Below, piece after piece: positions 7,878 to 17,824 of a stretch of DNA of 36,822 nt (positions are counted from its first letter, which is position 1; the number at the start of each line of letters is the position of its first letter). Made by a program: the position numbers and the translations under genes. Source of the DNA: Marinoscillum sp. (lineage in GTDB: Bacteria > Bacteroidota > Bacteroidia > Cytophagales > MED-G16); the NCBI GenBank assembly GCA_042095375.1, contig JBELBJ010000003.1, positions 45,544 to 82,365 on the forward strand, written 5' to 3'. Below the pieces are notes generated by a model. It did no database searches, had not been told where the DNA came from, and saw nothing but the letters and a program-made list of their open reading frames with translations.

Positions 7878-10190
7878 ATGATTGATTCCCTATCAAATTT
7901 TATTGTAAAATATAGACTAATTTTTATCATATCAATTTTATTGACAACTGTATTCATGGGTTATAATATGAGATCTGTTGAATACAATTATTCGTTTGCT
8001 AAAACAGTTCCAGATACGGATGAAGATATGATTTTCTATCAAAATTTCAGAGAAATTTTTGGTGAAGATGGTAATATTTTTGCAGTAGGAGTGAAAGATA
8101 GTTCAATTTTTGAATTTAAAAATTTTGTTGATTATAAAAACCTGATAAGTAGTATAGAAAATATAGAAGGTATAAACGGTGTTTTAGGTTTACCTAACCT
8201 AAAATCATTAAAAAAAAATGTTTCAGAAAAACGATTTGAATTAGTAGATATTTTCCCTAACATTTTAAGTGATAAAAAAGAACTTGATAGTCTTTTATCA
8301 TACTCTAAAAACATTAAGTTTTATTCAGGACAAATTTTAAATTCCTCCGGTGCAATCAACTTTTTAATAACGATTGATAAAAAGATATTAAACTCTCCTG
8401 AAAGAGATGGTTTAATGTTAGACATTTTATCAGAATGTGAAAATTTTGTAAATAGCACGGGTATTGAATTAAGATATGCAGGGTTGCCTTACTCAAGATA
8501 TGTTATGGCAGAAAGCGTTAAAAAAGAATTAAATTTATTTTTAGCACTTTCAATATTTATTACTGCTCTCATTTTATTTTTTTTCTTTAGATCTTTTAAT
8601 GCTGTCCTTGTCCCATTAATAATAATAGGTATTGTTGTCATTTGGGTATTTGGATGTTTAGCTATTTTTGATTTTAAAATCACATTACTTACTGGTTTAT
8701 TGCCCCCTTTGATTGTTGTAATTGGAATTCCTAATTGTGTATATATGTTAAATAAATATCATAATGCTTTCAGTTTGCATAAATCTAAAAAACAAGCATT
8801 GATACATGTTATTAAAACTATTGGTTTGATAACCTTTATTACAAATTTTACAACAGCGGTTGGTTTTTTTGTTCTAACAGTTACTGATATTAAAATTTTA
8901 GGTGAATTTGGTTTAGTTGCTGGAATTAATGTATTAGGAACTTTTTTAGTAAGTATAATTTTTCTTCCTTCAATTTATCTTTTACTACCAGAACCAAAAA
9001 CATCAGACACCAATTATTTAAATAATAATAAACTAAATTATTTAATTAATTTATTTACTTATGTTTCAATTAACTATCAAAAAAGAGTTTTTGCCATTAC
9101 TTTTTTAATTATCCTAGGATCTGTTTTTTACATGTCCAAAATTGAATCGGTTTCTTATTTATTAGACGATGTACCGGAAGATAGTAAATTAAAGAAAGAT
9201 TTGATTTTTTTTGAATCTAATTTTTCTGGAATAATGCCTTTGGAAATCATTATAGATACAAAAGTTAAAAAAGGAATTCAAAATTTAAAAAATTTAAGAA
9301 AAATAAATCAACTTGAAAATAAATTAAATTCTATCTCTGTAATATCTCAACCTTTATCGATGATTGGTTTTATTAAAGCTGCAAGACAATCTTATTATAA
9401 TAATAAAATTAATTATTATGATTTGCCGAATTCTAGAGACCAATCTTTTATTCTTAGATACCTTTCAAGCGGTTATTTATCTGAGAATTTTCAAGGTAAT
9501 AATATCTCTAGCTCATTTGTTGATTCTCTTGGTCAAAAGATTAGGATTTCTTTAAAAGTTGCCGATTTAGGATCAAAAAAATTAGATTCCTTAATAAATA
9601 ATGTTATAAAACCTGAGGTTGATGAAATTTTTAACAATACAAAAATGGAAGCAAAAATAACGGGATCAACATTATTAGCAGTTAAAGGTAACAGGTTTTT
9701 GATCACGAATTTATTTCAATCTATGTTTCTTGCTTTTATTATAATAAGTTTAATTATGGGATTATTATTTAGAAATTTAACTATGATAATAATTTCTTTA
9801 ATACCCAATATAATTCCACTAATAATAGCAGCGGGTTTAATGGGCTTTTTTGAAGTACCACTTAAACCAAGTTCAGCATTAGTATTTAGTATTGTTTTTG
9901 GGATTTCTGTTGATTATTCAATTCATTTTTTAGCAAAATATAGAAATGAATTACTGTTAACAAATAACATTAAGGAGTCTATTTTAAAAACTATTTCAGA
10001 AACCGGGAAAAGTATGGTATTTACCTCATTTATTCTTTTCTTTGGTTTTATTATTTTTACATTTTCCTCATTTGGGGGTACAATAGTTTTAGGAAGCTTA
10101 ACTTCTATAATTTTATTTATTGCAATGATTACCAATTTAACATTATTACCTTCGATAATATTATATATTAATAAGAAAAAAATTTCCTAA
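7878..10190 (+). CDS. MMPL/RND-superfamily exporter
   Basis: 770 aa with two repeats of TM + large periplasmic loop + 5 TMs; FGISVDYSIHFL and TNFTTAVGF motifs. Confidence 0.85.
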   Translation: MIDSLSNFIVKYRLIFIISILLTTVFMGYNMRSVEYNYSFAKTVPDTDEDMIFYQNFREIFGEDGNIFAVGVKDSSIFEFKNFVDYKNLISSIENIEGINGVLGLPNLKSLKKNVSEKRFELVDIFPNILSDKKELDSLLSYSKNIKFYSGQILNSSGAINFLITIDKKILNSPERDGLMLDILSECENFVNSTGIELRYAGLPYSRYVMAESVKKELNLFLALSIFITALILFFFFRSFNAVLVPLIIIGIVVIWVFGCLAIFDFKITLLTGLLPPLIVVIGIPNCVYMLNKYHNAFSLHKSKKQALIHVIKTIGLITFITNFTTAVGFFVLTVTDIKILGEFGLVAGINVLGTFLVSIIFLPSIYLLLPEPKTSDTNYLNNNKLNYLINLFTYVSINYQKRVFAITFLIILGSVFYMSKIESVSYLLDDVPEDSKLKKDLIFFESNFSGIMPLEIIIDTKVKKGIQNLKNLRKINQLENKLNSISVISQPLSMIGFIKAARQSYYNNKINYYDLPNSRDQSFILRYLSSGYLSENFQGNNISSSFVDSLGQKIRISLKVADLGSKKLDSLINNVIKPEVDEIFNNTKMEAKITGSTLLAVKGNRFLITNLFQSMFLAFIIISLIMGLLFRNLTMIIISLIPNIIPLIIAAGLMGFFEVPLKPSSALVFSIVFGISVDYSIHFLAKYRNELLLTNNIKESILKTISETGKSMVFTSFILFFGFIIFTFSSFGGTIVLGSLTSIILFIAMITNLTLLPSIILYINKKKIS

Positions 10191-10191
10191 T

Positions 10192-13100
10192 ATGCCTTAT
10201 AAAGAATATAAAAGCATAAACTTTTATGATATTTCCAATCAAATTCAAAAGTATTGGGATGATAATAATATTTTTCAAAAAACAATAAGTTCAAGAAATA
10301 AGGATAGTAAAAATTTTATTTTTTATGAAGGCCCACCTTCTGCTAACGGCGAACCAGGAATTCATCACGTGATGTCTAGAACTGTTAAAGATGTTTTTTG
10401 CAGATACAAAACATTGAAAGGATTTAAAGTACTAAGAAAAGGAGGATGGGATACGCATGGCTTACCGGTCGAATTACAAGTTGAAAAAAAATTGAATATC
10501 AATAAAGATGATATTGGAAATAAAATTTCTGTAGAAGAATATAATAAAGAGTGTAGAAAGACTGTAATGGAATTCAAAAATAAATGGGAGGAATTAACAA
10601 TAAAAATGGGTTATTGGTTGGATTTAGAAGATTCTTATATAACATATAAAAATGAATATATTGAATCTATTTGGTGGTCTTTAAAAACCTTATATAAAAA
10701 GGGACTTTTATATAAGGGATATACTATTCAGCCATTTTCTCCTGCTGCAGGCACAGGATTAAGTTCACATGAATTAAATATGCCTGGAGCTTATAAGGAT
10801 ATAAAAGATACATCTATTGTAGCTCAGTTTAAACTTTTAAAAAACAAATCGAGCATTCATTTTTATAAAAATATTAATACTGAAATATTTCTTTTAGCAT
10901 GGACAACTACTCCTTGGACTTTACCAGCAAATAATTCTTTAGCTGTAAATGAAAATATGGAATATTCTATTGTTAAAACTATTAATCCATATACCAATAT
11001 TTCTGTCACAGTTATATTAGCAAGCAGTTGTATTAATAGTTATTTCGAGAATAAAAATCTAAAATATGAATTATTAAAAACAATTAAAGGTAAAAACTTA
11101 TTAGGATTTGATTACGAGCAGTTATTAGATTATGTGCCTGCAAAAAAGCCTGCTTTTACTATAGTTCATGCTGATTTTGTTTCTGCTGAAGAAGGTACGG
11201 GTATTGTTCATATTTCTAGAACTTTTGGGTCTGATGATTTTTTTATATCTGAAAAATATAATATTCCTGGTATTTTTGTTAAAGACGAGAAAGGAAATAA
11301 TGTACCGATCGTAAATAAGTCAGGGAAATTTGTTGAGGAGATAACAGATTTTTCTGGTATGAGTGTAAAAAATTTTGGAGAAGATGAAGAATTGTCAACT
11401 GACATTCAGATTGCAATAAAATTAAAAAAAGAAAACAAAGCTTTCTTGGTTGAAAAATATGAACATTCATACCCTCATTGTTGGAGAACAGATAAACCAA
11501 TCTTATATTATCCATTAGAATCTTGGTTTATTGCTACTACAAAATTCAAGAATGAATTAATTCAAATGAATAAAGAGATTAATTGGCAACCAAAATCAAC
11601 TGGATCAGGTAGATTTGGAAACTGGTTAGAAAATATAGTTGATTGGAATTTAAGTAGATCAAGATATTGGGGGACTCCATTACCTATTTGGAGAACTGAA
11701 AATGGAGATGAAGAAATTTGTATAGGAAGTATTCAGGAATTAAAAGATGAGGTCAAAAATTCTATTAAAGCTGGATTTATGAAAAAGAAATTAACTGACG
11801 AATTCGATCTTCATAGACCATACATAGATGATATTATATTAGTTTCTAAAACTGGGAAAAAAATGAAAAGGCAAAAAGATATTATTGATGTTTGGTTTGA
11901 CTCTGGCGCTATGCCTTTTGCTCAACATCATTATCCTTTTACTAATAAGAAAAGTTTTGATAATCTTTTTCCTGCTGATTTTATAGCTGAAGGAGTTGAT
12001 CAAACAAGAGGCTGGTTTTTTACTTTACATGTTTTAGGAGTTTTATTATTTAATAAGATTTCTTATAAAAATGTTATTTCTAATGGGTTAGTTCTTGATA
12101 GCATTGGTAATAAAATGTCTAAAAGACTAGGCAATGCAATTGATCCTTTTAAAACTATTTATTCTTATGGTCCTGATCCAACTAGGTGGTATATGATGTT
12201 CAACTCTAATCCTTGGGAAAATTTAAAGTTTGCTACGGAAGGAATTGAGGAGGTTAAAAGAAAATTTTTTGGAACATTATTTAATACTTATAACTTTTTT
12301 GCCTTATACGCAAACATTGATAAATTTTCTCATGAAGACCATAAAATAGAAGAAAAAGAAAAGACAGAAAGTGATATGTGGATTTTAAGTAAGCTTAATT
12401 CTACAATATTAAATGTTGAAAAAAATTTGGATAATTATGACCCAACTAAAGCAATTAGGTTAATTCAAAATTTTGTAATAAATGATTTAAGCAATTGGTA
12501 TGTAAGGTTAAACAGGAAACGTTTTTGGAAAGGAGAGTTTAATGAAGATAAAGTTGTTGCCTATCAAACATTATATGAATGTTTAAAAAAGATTTCAATT
12601 ATTTCATCTCCTTTTGCACCATTTTATTGTGAAAAAATTTATTTGGACCTTCAACTGAATTATAATAAGCAAGAAGATGTTTCTGTACATTTGTCTGATT
12701 TTCCTAAACCGAATACTAAATTAATAGATGAAAATTTAGAAGAAAAAATGTTGTATGCTCAGCAAATCTCTTCTCTAGTTCATTCTTTAAGAAAAAAAGA
12801 AAAAATTAAAGTTAGGCAACCTCTTTATGAGATGATAATTCAATCAAAATCAAAAAGTATGGAAAAAAGCATCAAATCTGTTCAAAACTTAATTTTATCT
12901 GAGGTAAATATTAAAAATCTGAAATTTATTAATGATTCTTCCAAGATTCTTTCAAAAGAAATTAAACCCAATTATAAAGAAATAGGTATTGCTTATGGTA
13001 AAAACACTCAACTTGTAGCCGATTCAATTTTAAAATTCACCAAAAAAGACATTGATTTATTAGAAAAGAATAAAAAAATCAGTTTATCTATTAGTCAAAT

Positions 13101-13482
13101 TGGTGAAATAAAGATAACAATAGATCAGGTTAATATTACATATACAGATATTCCTGGTTTGAAAGTTGTTTCCAATGATAATTTCACAATTGCAATTGAT
13201 ATTAATATTTCAGAAGATTTAAAAATGGAGGGTTTTGCTAGGGACTTTGTTAATAAGGTTCAAAACGTAAGAAAAGAAATGGAATTTGAAGTTACCGATA
13301 AAGTAGAGTTAAATATTTTTTGTGATAATAAGTTTTTAATAGAATCAATTAAAAATAATTTAGATTATGTGTGTAATGAAATTCAAGCAAAAAAAATAGG
13401 ATTCATTAAAAAAGAAAATGACCTGAAAGAATTACAAATCAATGATAGTATAATATATTTTAATATATCAAAATCTTCTTAA
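10192..13482 (+). CDS. ileS: Isoleucine--tRNA ligase, type 2
   Basis: FYEGPPSANG.PGIHH, GWDTHGLPVE, WTTTPWT, DWNLSRSRYWGTPLP, EGVDQTRGWF, KMSKR; long type-2 C-terminus without a Zn finger. Confidence 0.96.
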   Translation: MPYKEYKSINFYDISNQIQKYWDDNNIFQKTISSRNKDSKNFIFYEGPPSANGEPGIHHVMSRTVKDVFCRYKTLKGFKVLRKGGWDTHGLPVELQVEKKLNINKDDIGNKISVEEYNKECRKTVMEFKNKWEELTIKMGYWLDLEDSYITYKNEYIESIWWSLKTLYKKGLLYKGYTIQPFSPAAGTGLSSHELNMPGAYKDIKDTSIVAQFKLLKNKSSIHFYKNINTEIFLLAWTTTPWTLPANNSLAVNENMEYSIVKTINPYTNISVTVILASSCINSYFENKNLKYELLKTIKGKNLLGFDYEQLLDYVPAKKPAFTIVHADFVSAEEGTGIVHISRTFGSDDFFISEKYNIPGIFVKDEKGNNVPIVNKSGKFVEEITDFSGMSVKNFGEDEELSTDIQIAIKLKKENKAFLVEKYEHSYPHCWRTDKPILYYPLESWFIATTKFKNELIQMNKEINWQPKSTGSGRFGNWLENIVDWNLSRSRYWGTPLPIWRTENGDEEICIGSIQELKDEVKNSIKAGFMKKKLTDEFDLHRPYIDDIILVSKTGKKMKRQKDIIDVWFDSGAMPFAQHHYPFTNKKSFDNLFPADFIAEGVDQTRGWFFTLHVLGVLLFNKISYKNVISNGLVLDSIGNKMSKRLGNAIDPFKTIYSYGPDPTRWYMMFNSNPWENLKFATEGIEEVKRKFFGTLFNTYNFFALYANIDKFSHEDHKIEEKEKTESDMWILSKLNSTILNVEKNLDNYDPTKAIRLIQNFVINDLSNWYVRLNRKRFWKGEFNEDKVVAYQTLYECLKKISIISSPFAPFYCEKIYLDLQLNYNKQEDVSVHLSDFPKPNTKLIDENLEEKMLYAQQISSLVHSLRKKEKIKVRQPLYEMIIQSKSKSMEKSIKSVQNLILSEVNIKNLKFINDSSKILSKEIKPNYKEIGIAYGKNTQLVADSILKFTKKDIDLLEKNKKISLSISQIGEIKITIDQVNITYTDIPGLKVVSNDNFTIAIDINISEDLKMEGFARDFVNKVQNVRKEMEFEVTDKVELNIFCDNKFLIESIKNNLDYVCNEIQAKKIGFIKKENDLKELQINDSIIYFNISKSS

Positions 13483-13492
13483 TTTAAGAATA

Positions 13493-14065
13493 ATGGATAA
13501 AAAGAATTTTTATTTCGTAACCCTAGTAATAGTTATAATTGATCAACTGGTTAAACTTGTTGTTCATTTCAATATGCCTCTTGGCTCAGAAATAAATGTA
13601 ATCGGAGACTTTTTCAAATTGCATCATATTGAGAATCCTGGTTTAGCTTTTGGTATTGATATAAATTTTAAATACGGTAAATTATTACTTACCTCATTTA
13701 GACTTGCAGCATCTTTTTTTATTGGTTATTATTTGTATACTCTCGTATCTAAAAAAGCTAACAACCTATTAATTTTAGCTATATCTATGATTCTTGCTGG
13801 TGCTATTGGAAATGTTATTGATAGTTTACTTTACGGAGTTTTACTTAATAATGCTCCTTTAAACTCACCTTTTTCTTTATTTTATGGCCAAGTTATAGAT
13901 ATGTTTTATGTTGATATCTGGGAGGGCTTTGTGCCTTCATATGTTCCCCTAATAGGCGGTTCATATCTTTCATTATGGCCAGTTTTTAACATAGCTGATT
14001 CATCAATATTTATTGGAGTCTTGATAATTATTTTATTTCAAAAAAAATTTGTTGACTATTTATAA
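13493..14065 (+). CDS. lspA: Lipoprotein signal peptidase II
   Basis: IIDQLVK, ENPGLAFG, GAIGNVID, VIDM...VFNIADS catalytic aspartates. Confidence 0.95.
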   Translation: MDKKNFYFVTLVIVIIDQLVKLVVHFNMPLGSEINVIGDFFKLHHIENPGLAFGIDINFKYGKLLLTSFRLAASFFIGYYLYTLVSKKANNLLILAISMILAGAIGNVIDSLLYGVLLNNAPLNSPFSLFYGQVIDMFYVDIWEGFVPSYVPLIGGSYLSLWPVFNIADSSIFIGVLIIILFQKKFVDYL

Positions 14066-14068
14066 ACA

Positions 14069-14371
14069 TTATATGAATACAACATTTTGAATTTCTTCAT
14101 AATGTTTCTGAAATTTTTTTAGAGTAATTTTTTTTGAGTTTTCCAATTCACTCTTTAGAGGTGATGAATTTATTTTAATATAAATAATCATATTTTTACA
14201 ATATACTCCAGTTGTTCTATCTTGAATAAATTTATCCGAAATGGTATTCCATATATTTTCAATTTTTTTATCAAAAAGCTTTAATTCTATTTTATTTTGA
14301 TTCAAAAAATTAGAAGTTAATTTTTGAATGGATTCTATTTTTCGATGTCTTTTATTATTATTTTTCATCAT
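14069..14371 (-). CDS. DUF721/DciA-family protein
   Basis: About 100 aa, W...I..RT...IYIKINSSPLKSEL pattern, overlapping the recF stop (usual pairing). Confidence 0.75.
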   Translation of the reverse strand: MMKNNNKRHRKIESIQKLTSNFLNQNKIELKLFDKKIENIWNTISDKFIQDRTTGVYCKNMIIYIKINSSPLKSELENSKKITLKKFQKHYEEIQNVVFI

Positions 14372-15464
14372 AATTTATCTTCCCATTTTTTATTTTTATT
14401 AAATTAATATTGTAATCTTTTGAATTAAAAATTTCTAATCTATCATTTAATGCATCAGTTATAAAGATTTGTCCTCTTATTTTTTTTCTAATAAATTTCA
14501 TAAGATCTTTGATCCTTTTATTATCTAATTTATCAAAAATATCATCAAGCATCATAAGAGGATTAACTGATAATTTCTTAGAAATAATATGATATTCACT
14601 CATTTTAAGGGTAATTATAAAAGATTTTTGCTGACCTTGAGACGCAAAATTTTTTATTGGTTTATTATTAATATAAAATAAATAATCATCCTTATGTATA
14701 CCGAAGTTGGTCTTTTCAGTTAATATATCATATTCAAGGTATTTTTTATAAATATCATTTTCAATAGATTTTTCAACCTTACTTTTATAGAATATCTCTA
14801 TTTCATGTTTTTCTTTTGTTATAGAACTATATATTTCAAAAAATTTTTTTTTAAATTCAATCAAATATTCTGACCTTTTATTTCTTATATAGACATTTAA
14901 TTTAATTAGTAAATTATCATAATGTTCAATTTCATTTTTATCAACATATTTTTTTTTCTTAAATTTTTGTAAAACTAGATTTCTTGATTTTATAATTTTA
15001 TTATATTTTATAATGCCCTGCAAGTAGTCTTGCTCAATTTGAGAAATAATCAAATCAAAAAACCTTCTTCTATAATAACTGGAATTTCTAATTAGATCAC
15101 TGTCGTTTGGAGCTATAATTATGGCAGGTATTTTCCCTAAATGAAGACTAATTTTTTCATAAGGTGAATCATTAAATAAAATGATTTTTTTTTCATTTTT
15201 TTTATATTTGCAATCTACTGATATTGATTTTTTATCAATTTTATAATTACCACTTATTGAAAAAAAATTATCATCATTTTTAATATTATTTTCGTCAATT
15301 TTATTAAAAGCACTTTTAGTGAATGATAGATAATAAATTGCATCTAATAAATTGGTTTTACCAGAGCCATTTTCACCAGTAATAAAATTAATTTTATCTG
15401 AAAAATTAATATTTTCTGATTTATAATTTTTAAAATTTTTTAACTCAATTTTTTCCAGGTACAT
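14358..15464 (-). CDS. recF: DNA replication/repair protein RecF
   Basis: LKNFKNY, Walker A GENGSGKTN, RRRFFD, GIHKDD, SQGQQKS, LMMLDDIFDKLD. Confidence 0.95.
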   Translation of the reverse strand: MYLEKIELKNFKNYKSENINFSDKINFITGENGSGKTNLLDAIYYLSFTKSAFNKIDENNIKNDDNFFSISGNYKIDKKSISVDCKYKKNEKKIILFNDSPYEKISLHLGKIPAIIIAPNDSDLIRNSSYYRRRFFDLIISQIEQDYLQGIIKYNKIIKSRNLVLQKFKKKKYVDKNEIEHYDNLLIKLNVYIRNKRSEYLIEFKKKFFEIYSSITKEKHEIEIFYKSKVEKSIENDIYKKYLEYDILTEKTNFGIHKDDYLFYINNKPIKNFASQGQQKSFIITLKMSEYHIISKKLSVNPLMMLDDIFDKLDNKRIKDLMKFIRKKIRGQIFITDALNDRLEIFNSKDYNINLIKIKNGKINYDEK

Positions 15465-15469
15465 AATAA

Positions 15470-15500
15470 TTTGCTCACTCTTATATTTTAATTATTTTTG
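15470..15500 (+). promoter_or_regulatory. Canonical Bacteroidota promoter for pdhA: TTTG-N19-TATTTTTG
   Basis: -33 TTTG at 15470-15473 and -7 TATTTTTG at 15493-15500, with a 19-nt spacer. Confidence 0.7.
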
Positions 15501-15501
15501 T

Positions 15502-15509
15502 CAAAATTA
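15502..15509 (-). promoter_or_regulatory. -7 box (TAATTTTG on minus strand) for recF
   Basis: CAAAATTA on the plus strand, 37 nt upstream of the recF ATG. Confidence 0.5.
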
Positions 15510-15544
15510 TAATTCATCTTTAAAATAGATTATAATATTAATTT

Positions 15545-16576
15545 ATGCCAAGAAAAAAAGAAAAACAATCGGAAGTAATAAATTTAGCAAATGATTTTTC
15601 TAAGGAAACTTTTCTTTATTGGTACAAATCCATGTTATTAATGAGAAAATTTGAAGAGATGGCTGGAAAACTATATGGACAACAAAAAATTAGAGGATTT
15701 TGCCATCTTTATATAGGCCAAGAAGCTTGTATTTCTGGATGCGTTACCGCACTAAAAGAAGGTGATAAGTATATTACTTCATATCGGGATCATGCTCACC
15801 CATTAGCTTTGGGCACAAATCCAAAATTCATTATGGCTGAATTATTTGGTAAAGAAACGGGAATCTCAAAAGGCAGAGGAGGTTCAATGCATATGTTTGA
15901 TAAGTCAAGACATTTTTTTGGGGGTCATGGAATAGTTGGAAATCAAGTTCCTATAGGGGCTGGTCTTGGATTTGCAGAACAATATAAAGGAACAGATAAT
16001 GTATGTATAACTTTTCTTGGCGATGGAGCTGTTAGGATTGGAGCGTTTCATGAAGCTTTAAATATGTCAATGTTTTTTAAAATTCCAGTGATTTTTATTA
16101 TAGAAAATAATGGTTATGCAATGGGTACCTCTGTGGAAAGATCATCAAATGTAACTGAGTTATATAAAATTGGAAAAGCTTATGAAATGCCTTCATATCC
16201 GGTTGATGCTATGAATGTTATAAAAGTTCATCATGCGGTTTCTAAGGCTGCTAAAAGAGCTAGAGAAGGATTAGGACCTACCTTACTTGAATTTAGAACT
16301 TATAGATATAAAGGTCATTCAATGTCAGACCCTGCGAGCTATAGGTCAAAAGAAGAATTGACCTTATACAAGGAAAAAGATCCAATTGAACAAATAAAAA
16401 AAATAATTTTAATTAAGAAAATCCTTAAGGAAAAAGATTTTGATTCAATTGAAAGTGAAATCAAAACTCAGGTAGTTGATTCAGTGAAATTTGCTGAAGA
16501 GTCTCCTTATCCATCAAAAGATGATATATATAAACATATTTATGAGCAAAGTGACTATCCTTTTTTAATTGAATAG
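15545..16576 (+). CDS. pdhA: Pyruvate dehydrogenase E1 alpha subunit
   Basis: IRGFCHLYIGQEA, YRDH, KGRGGSMH, TPP motif GDGA...ENN, TYRYKGHSMSDP. Confidence 0.96.
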   Translation: MPRKKEKQSEVINLANDFSKETFLYWYKSMLLMRKFEEMAGKLYGQQKIRGFCHLYIGQEACISGCVTALKEGDKYITSYRDHAHPLALGTNPKFIMAELFGKETGISKGRGGSMHMFDKSRHFFGGHGIVGNQVPIGAGLGFAEQYKGTDNVCITFLGDGAVRIGAFHEALNMSMFFKIPVIFIIENNGYAMGTSVERSSNVTELYKIGKAYEMPSYPVDAMNVIKVHHAVSKAAKRAREGLGPTLLEFRTYRYKGHSMSDPASYRSKEELTLYKEKDPIEQIKKIILIKKILKEKDFDSIESEIKTQVVDSVKFAEESPYPSKDDIYKHIYEQSDYPFLIE

Positions 16577-16597
16577 TGATCAACTGTAGATTTTAAT

Positions 16598-16605
16598 TAA
16601 ATTTG
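16598..16605 (+). promoter_or_regulatory. -7 box (TAAATTTG) for TPR-ribH
   Basis: Exact match in the 46-nt gap, 17 nt before ATG 16623. Confidence 0.55.
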
Positions 16606-16622
16606 TCAACTATTTTATAATT

Positions 16623-17324
16623 ATGGTAAAAATAAAAAAACAAAAATCCAAAAAAGAAGATACTTTATTTGAGTCAAATGATGCTTTAGCGGGTAAGTTG
16701 TCTTCTTATGAAGAATTATTTGAAAAAAATAAAAATACATTTTCAATAATTTTTATTTCAATAATTTTAATAGTTACATTTTTTGGTATTGGAAACTATT
16801 ATATTTCTTCTCAAAATAGACTTGCTCAAGAAGATATGTTTCAAGCCGTATATTATTTTGAATCTGATAGTCTTGTTAAAGCTTTAAATGGTGATGGGAA
16901 TAATTATGGTTTTCTTGAAATTATAGATGAATATAATTATACAAAAGCCGCTAATATGTCTAATTATTATGCTGGCGTTTCTTATTTAAAATTGAAAGAT
17001 TATGATAATGCAATAAATTATTTAAAATCATTTTCAAGTAATGACGAATTGATTCAAGCACGATCTTATTCTTTAATTGGAGATGCTTATACTGAGTTAG
17101 AAGATTATCAAAATGCAATAACATTTTTTAAAAAAGCAGTTAACTATAATCCTAATGAATTTTTTACACCTAATTATCTTTTGAAATTAGCTCTAGTCTA
17201 TGAAGAATTAGGAAATTTAAATGAAGCATACAATTGTTATTCTAAAATTGTTGATTCATATAAGGATTCTTCAGAATATCAAATTTCTATTAAAAACAAA
17301 TCAAGGTTAGAAGGTTTAATTTAA
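16623..17324 (+). CDS. Single-TM tetratricopeptide-repeat protein (YfgM-like)
   Basis: One TM (about aa 41-61), ALNGDG..YGFL.I...Y..TKAAN...YYAG, several TPRs; conserved upstream of ribH in Bacteroidota. Confidence 0.8.
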   Translation: MVKIKKQKSKKEDTLFESNDALAGKLSSYEELFEKNKNTFSIIFISIILIVTFFGIGNYYISSQNRLAQEDMFQAVYYFESDSLVKALNGDGNNYGFLEIIDEYNYTKAANMSNYYAGVSYLKLKDYDNAINYLKSFSSNDELIQARSYSLIGDAYTELEDYQNAITFFKKAVNYNPNEFFTPNYLLKLALVYEELGNLNEAYNCYSKIVDSYKDSSEYQISIKNKSRLEGLI

Positions 17325-17332
17325 ATTAAAAA

Positions 17333-17824
17333 ATGTTTATTGAAAATAAAGGACTTGATTTAAAGCACAATAAATTATTTGCTTCTTCAAAAATTTCTAT
17401 TATAGTTTCTGATTGGAATAGTGAAATAACGGATTTATTATATGATGGAGCTCTATGTAAATTATTAGAACATGGAGTAAAAGAAAAAAATATAAAAAAA
17501 TATAATGTTTCGGGTAGTATGGAACTTGTTTTTTTATCACAATATTTATTAAATAAACATAAAAATTTAAGCGGTATAATTTCTTTGGGGTGCATAATTA
17601 AAGGAGAAACTGATCATGATAAATATATTGCAAATTCTGTTTCTAAAGGATTATTAGATGTTTCACTCAAGTTTAATAAACCAGTCATTTTTGGTGTCTT
17701 GACAACAAATAATAAAAAGCAAGCATTTGAACGAAGTGGTGGCAAGTTTGGTAATAAAGGTGAGGATTCTTCATTAGCTTTATTGAAAACTCTTAAAATA
17801 GTTAAGGAAACTAATTCAAAATAG
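17333..17824 (+). CDS. ribH: 6,7-dimethyl-8-ribityllumazine synthase
   Basis: IIVSDWNSEIT, V.GS.EL, LGCIIKGETDH, PVIFGVLTT, QAFERSGGKFGNKG. Confidence 0.93.
   Translation: MFIENKGLDLKHNKLFASSKISIIVSDWNSEITDLLYDGALCKLLEHGVKEKNIKKYNVSGSMELVFLSQYLLNKHKNLSGIISLGCIIKGETDHDKYIANSVSKGLLDVSLKFNKPVIFGVLTTNNKKQAFERSGGKFGNKGEDSSLALLKTLKIVKETNSK

Noticed and set aside
7014-11515. Short ORFs inside glyQS, the MMPL gene and ileS (7014, 8132, 8489, 9364, 9923, 10365, 11208, 11279)
   Set aside because: Fully nested in well-supported genes, 60-78 aa, and not protein-like.
14941-14960. Long homopolymer A/T tracts (here and elsewhere) as phase-variation sites
   Set aside because: They encode poly-Lys/Phe in intact frames and are expected at this AT content; no frameshifted gene was seen.
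15545-16576. pdhA without adjacent pdhB/pdhC
   Set aside because: Split PDH genes are normal in aerobic Bacteroidota.
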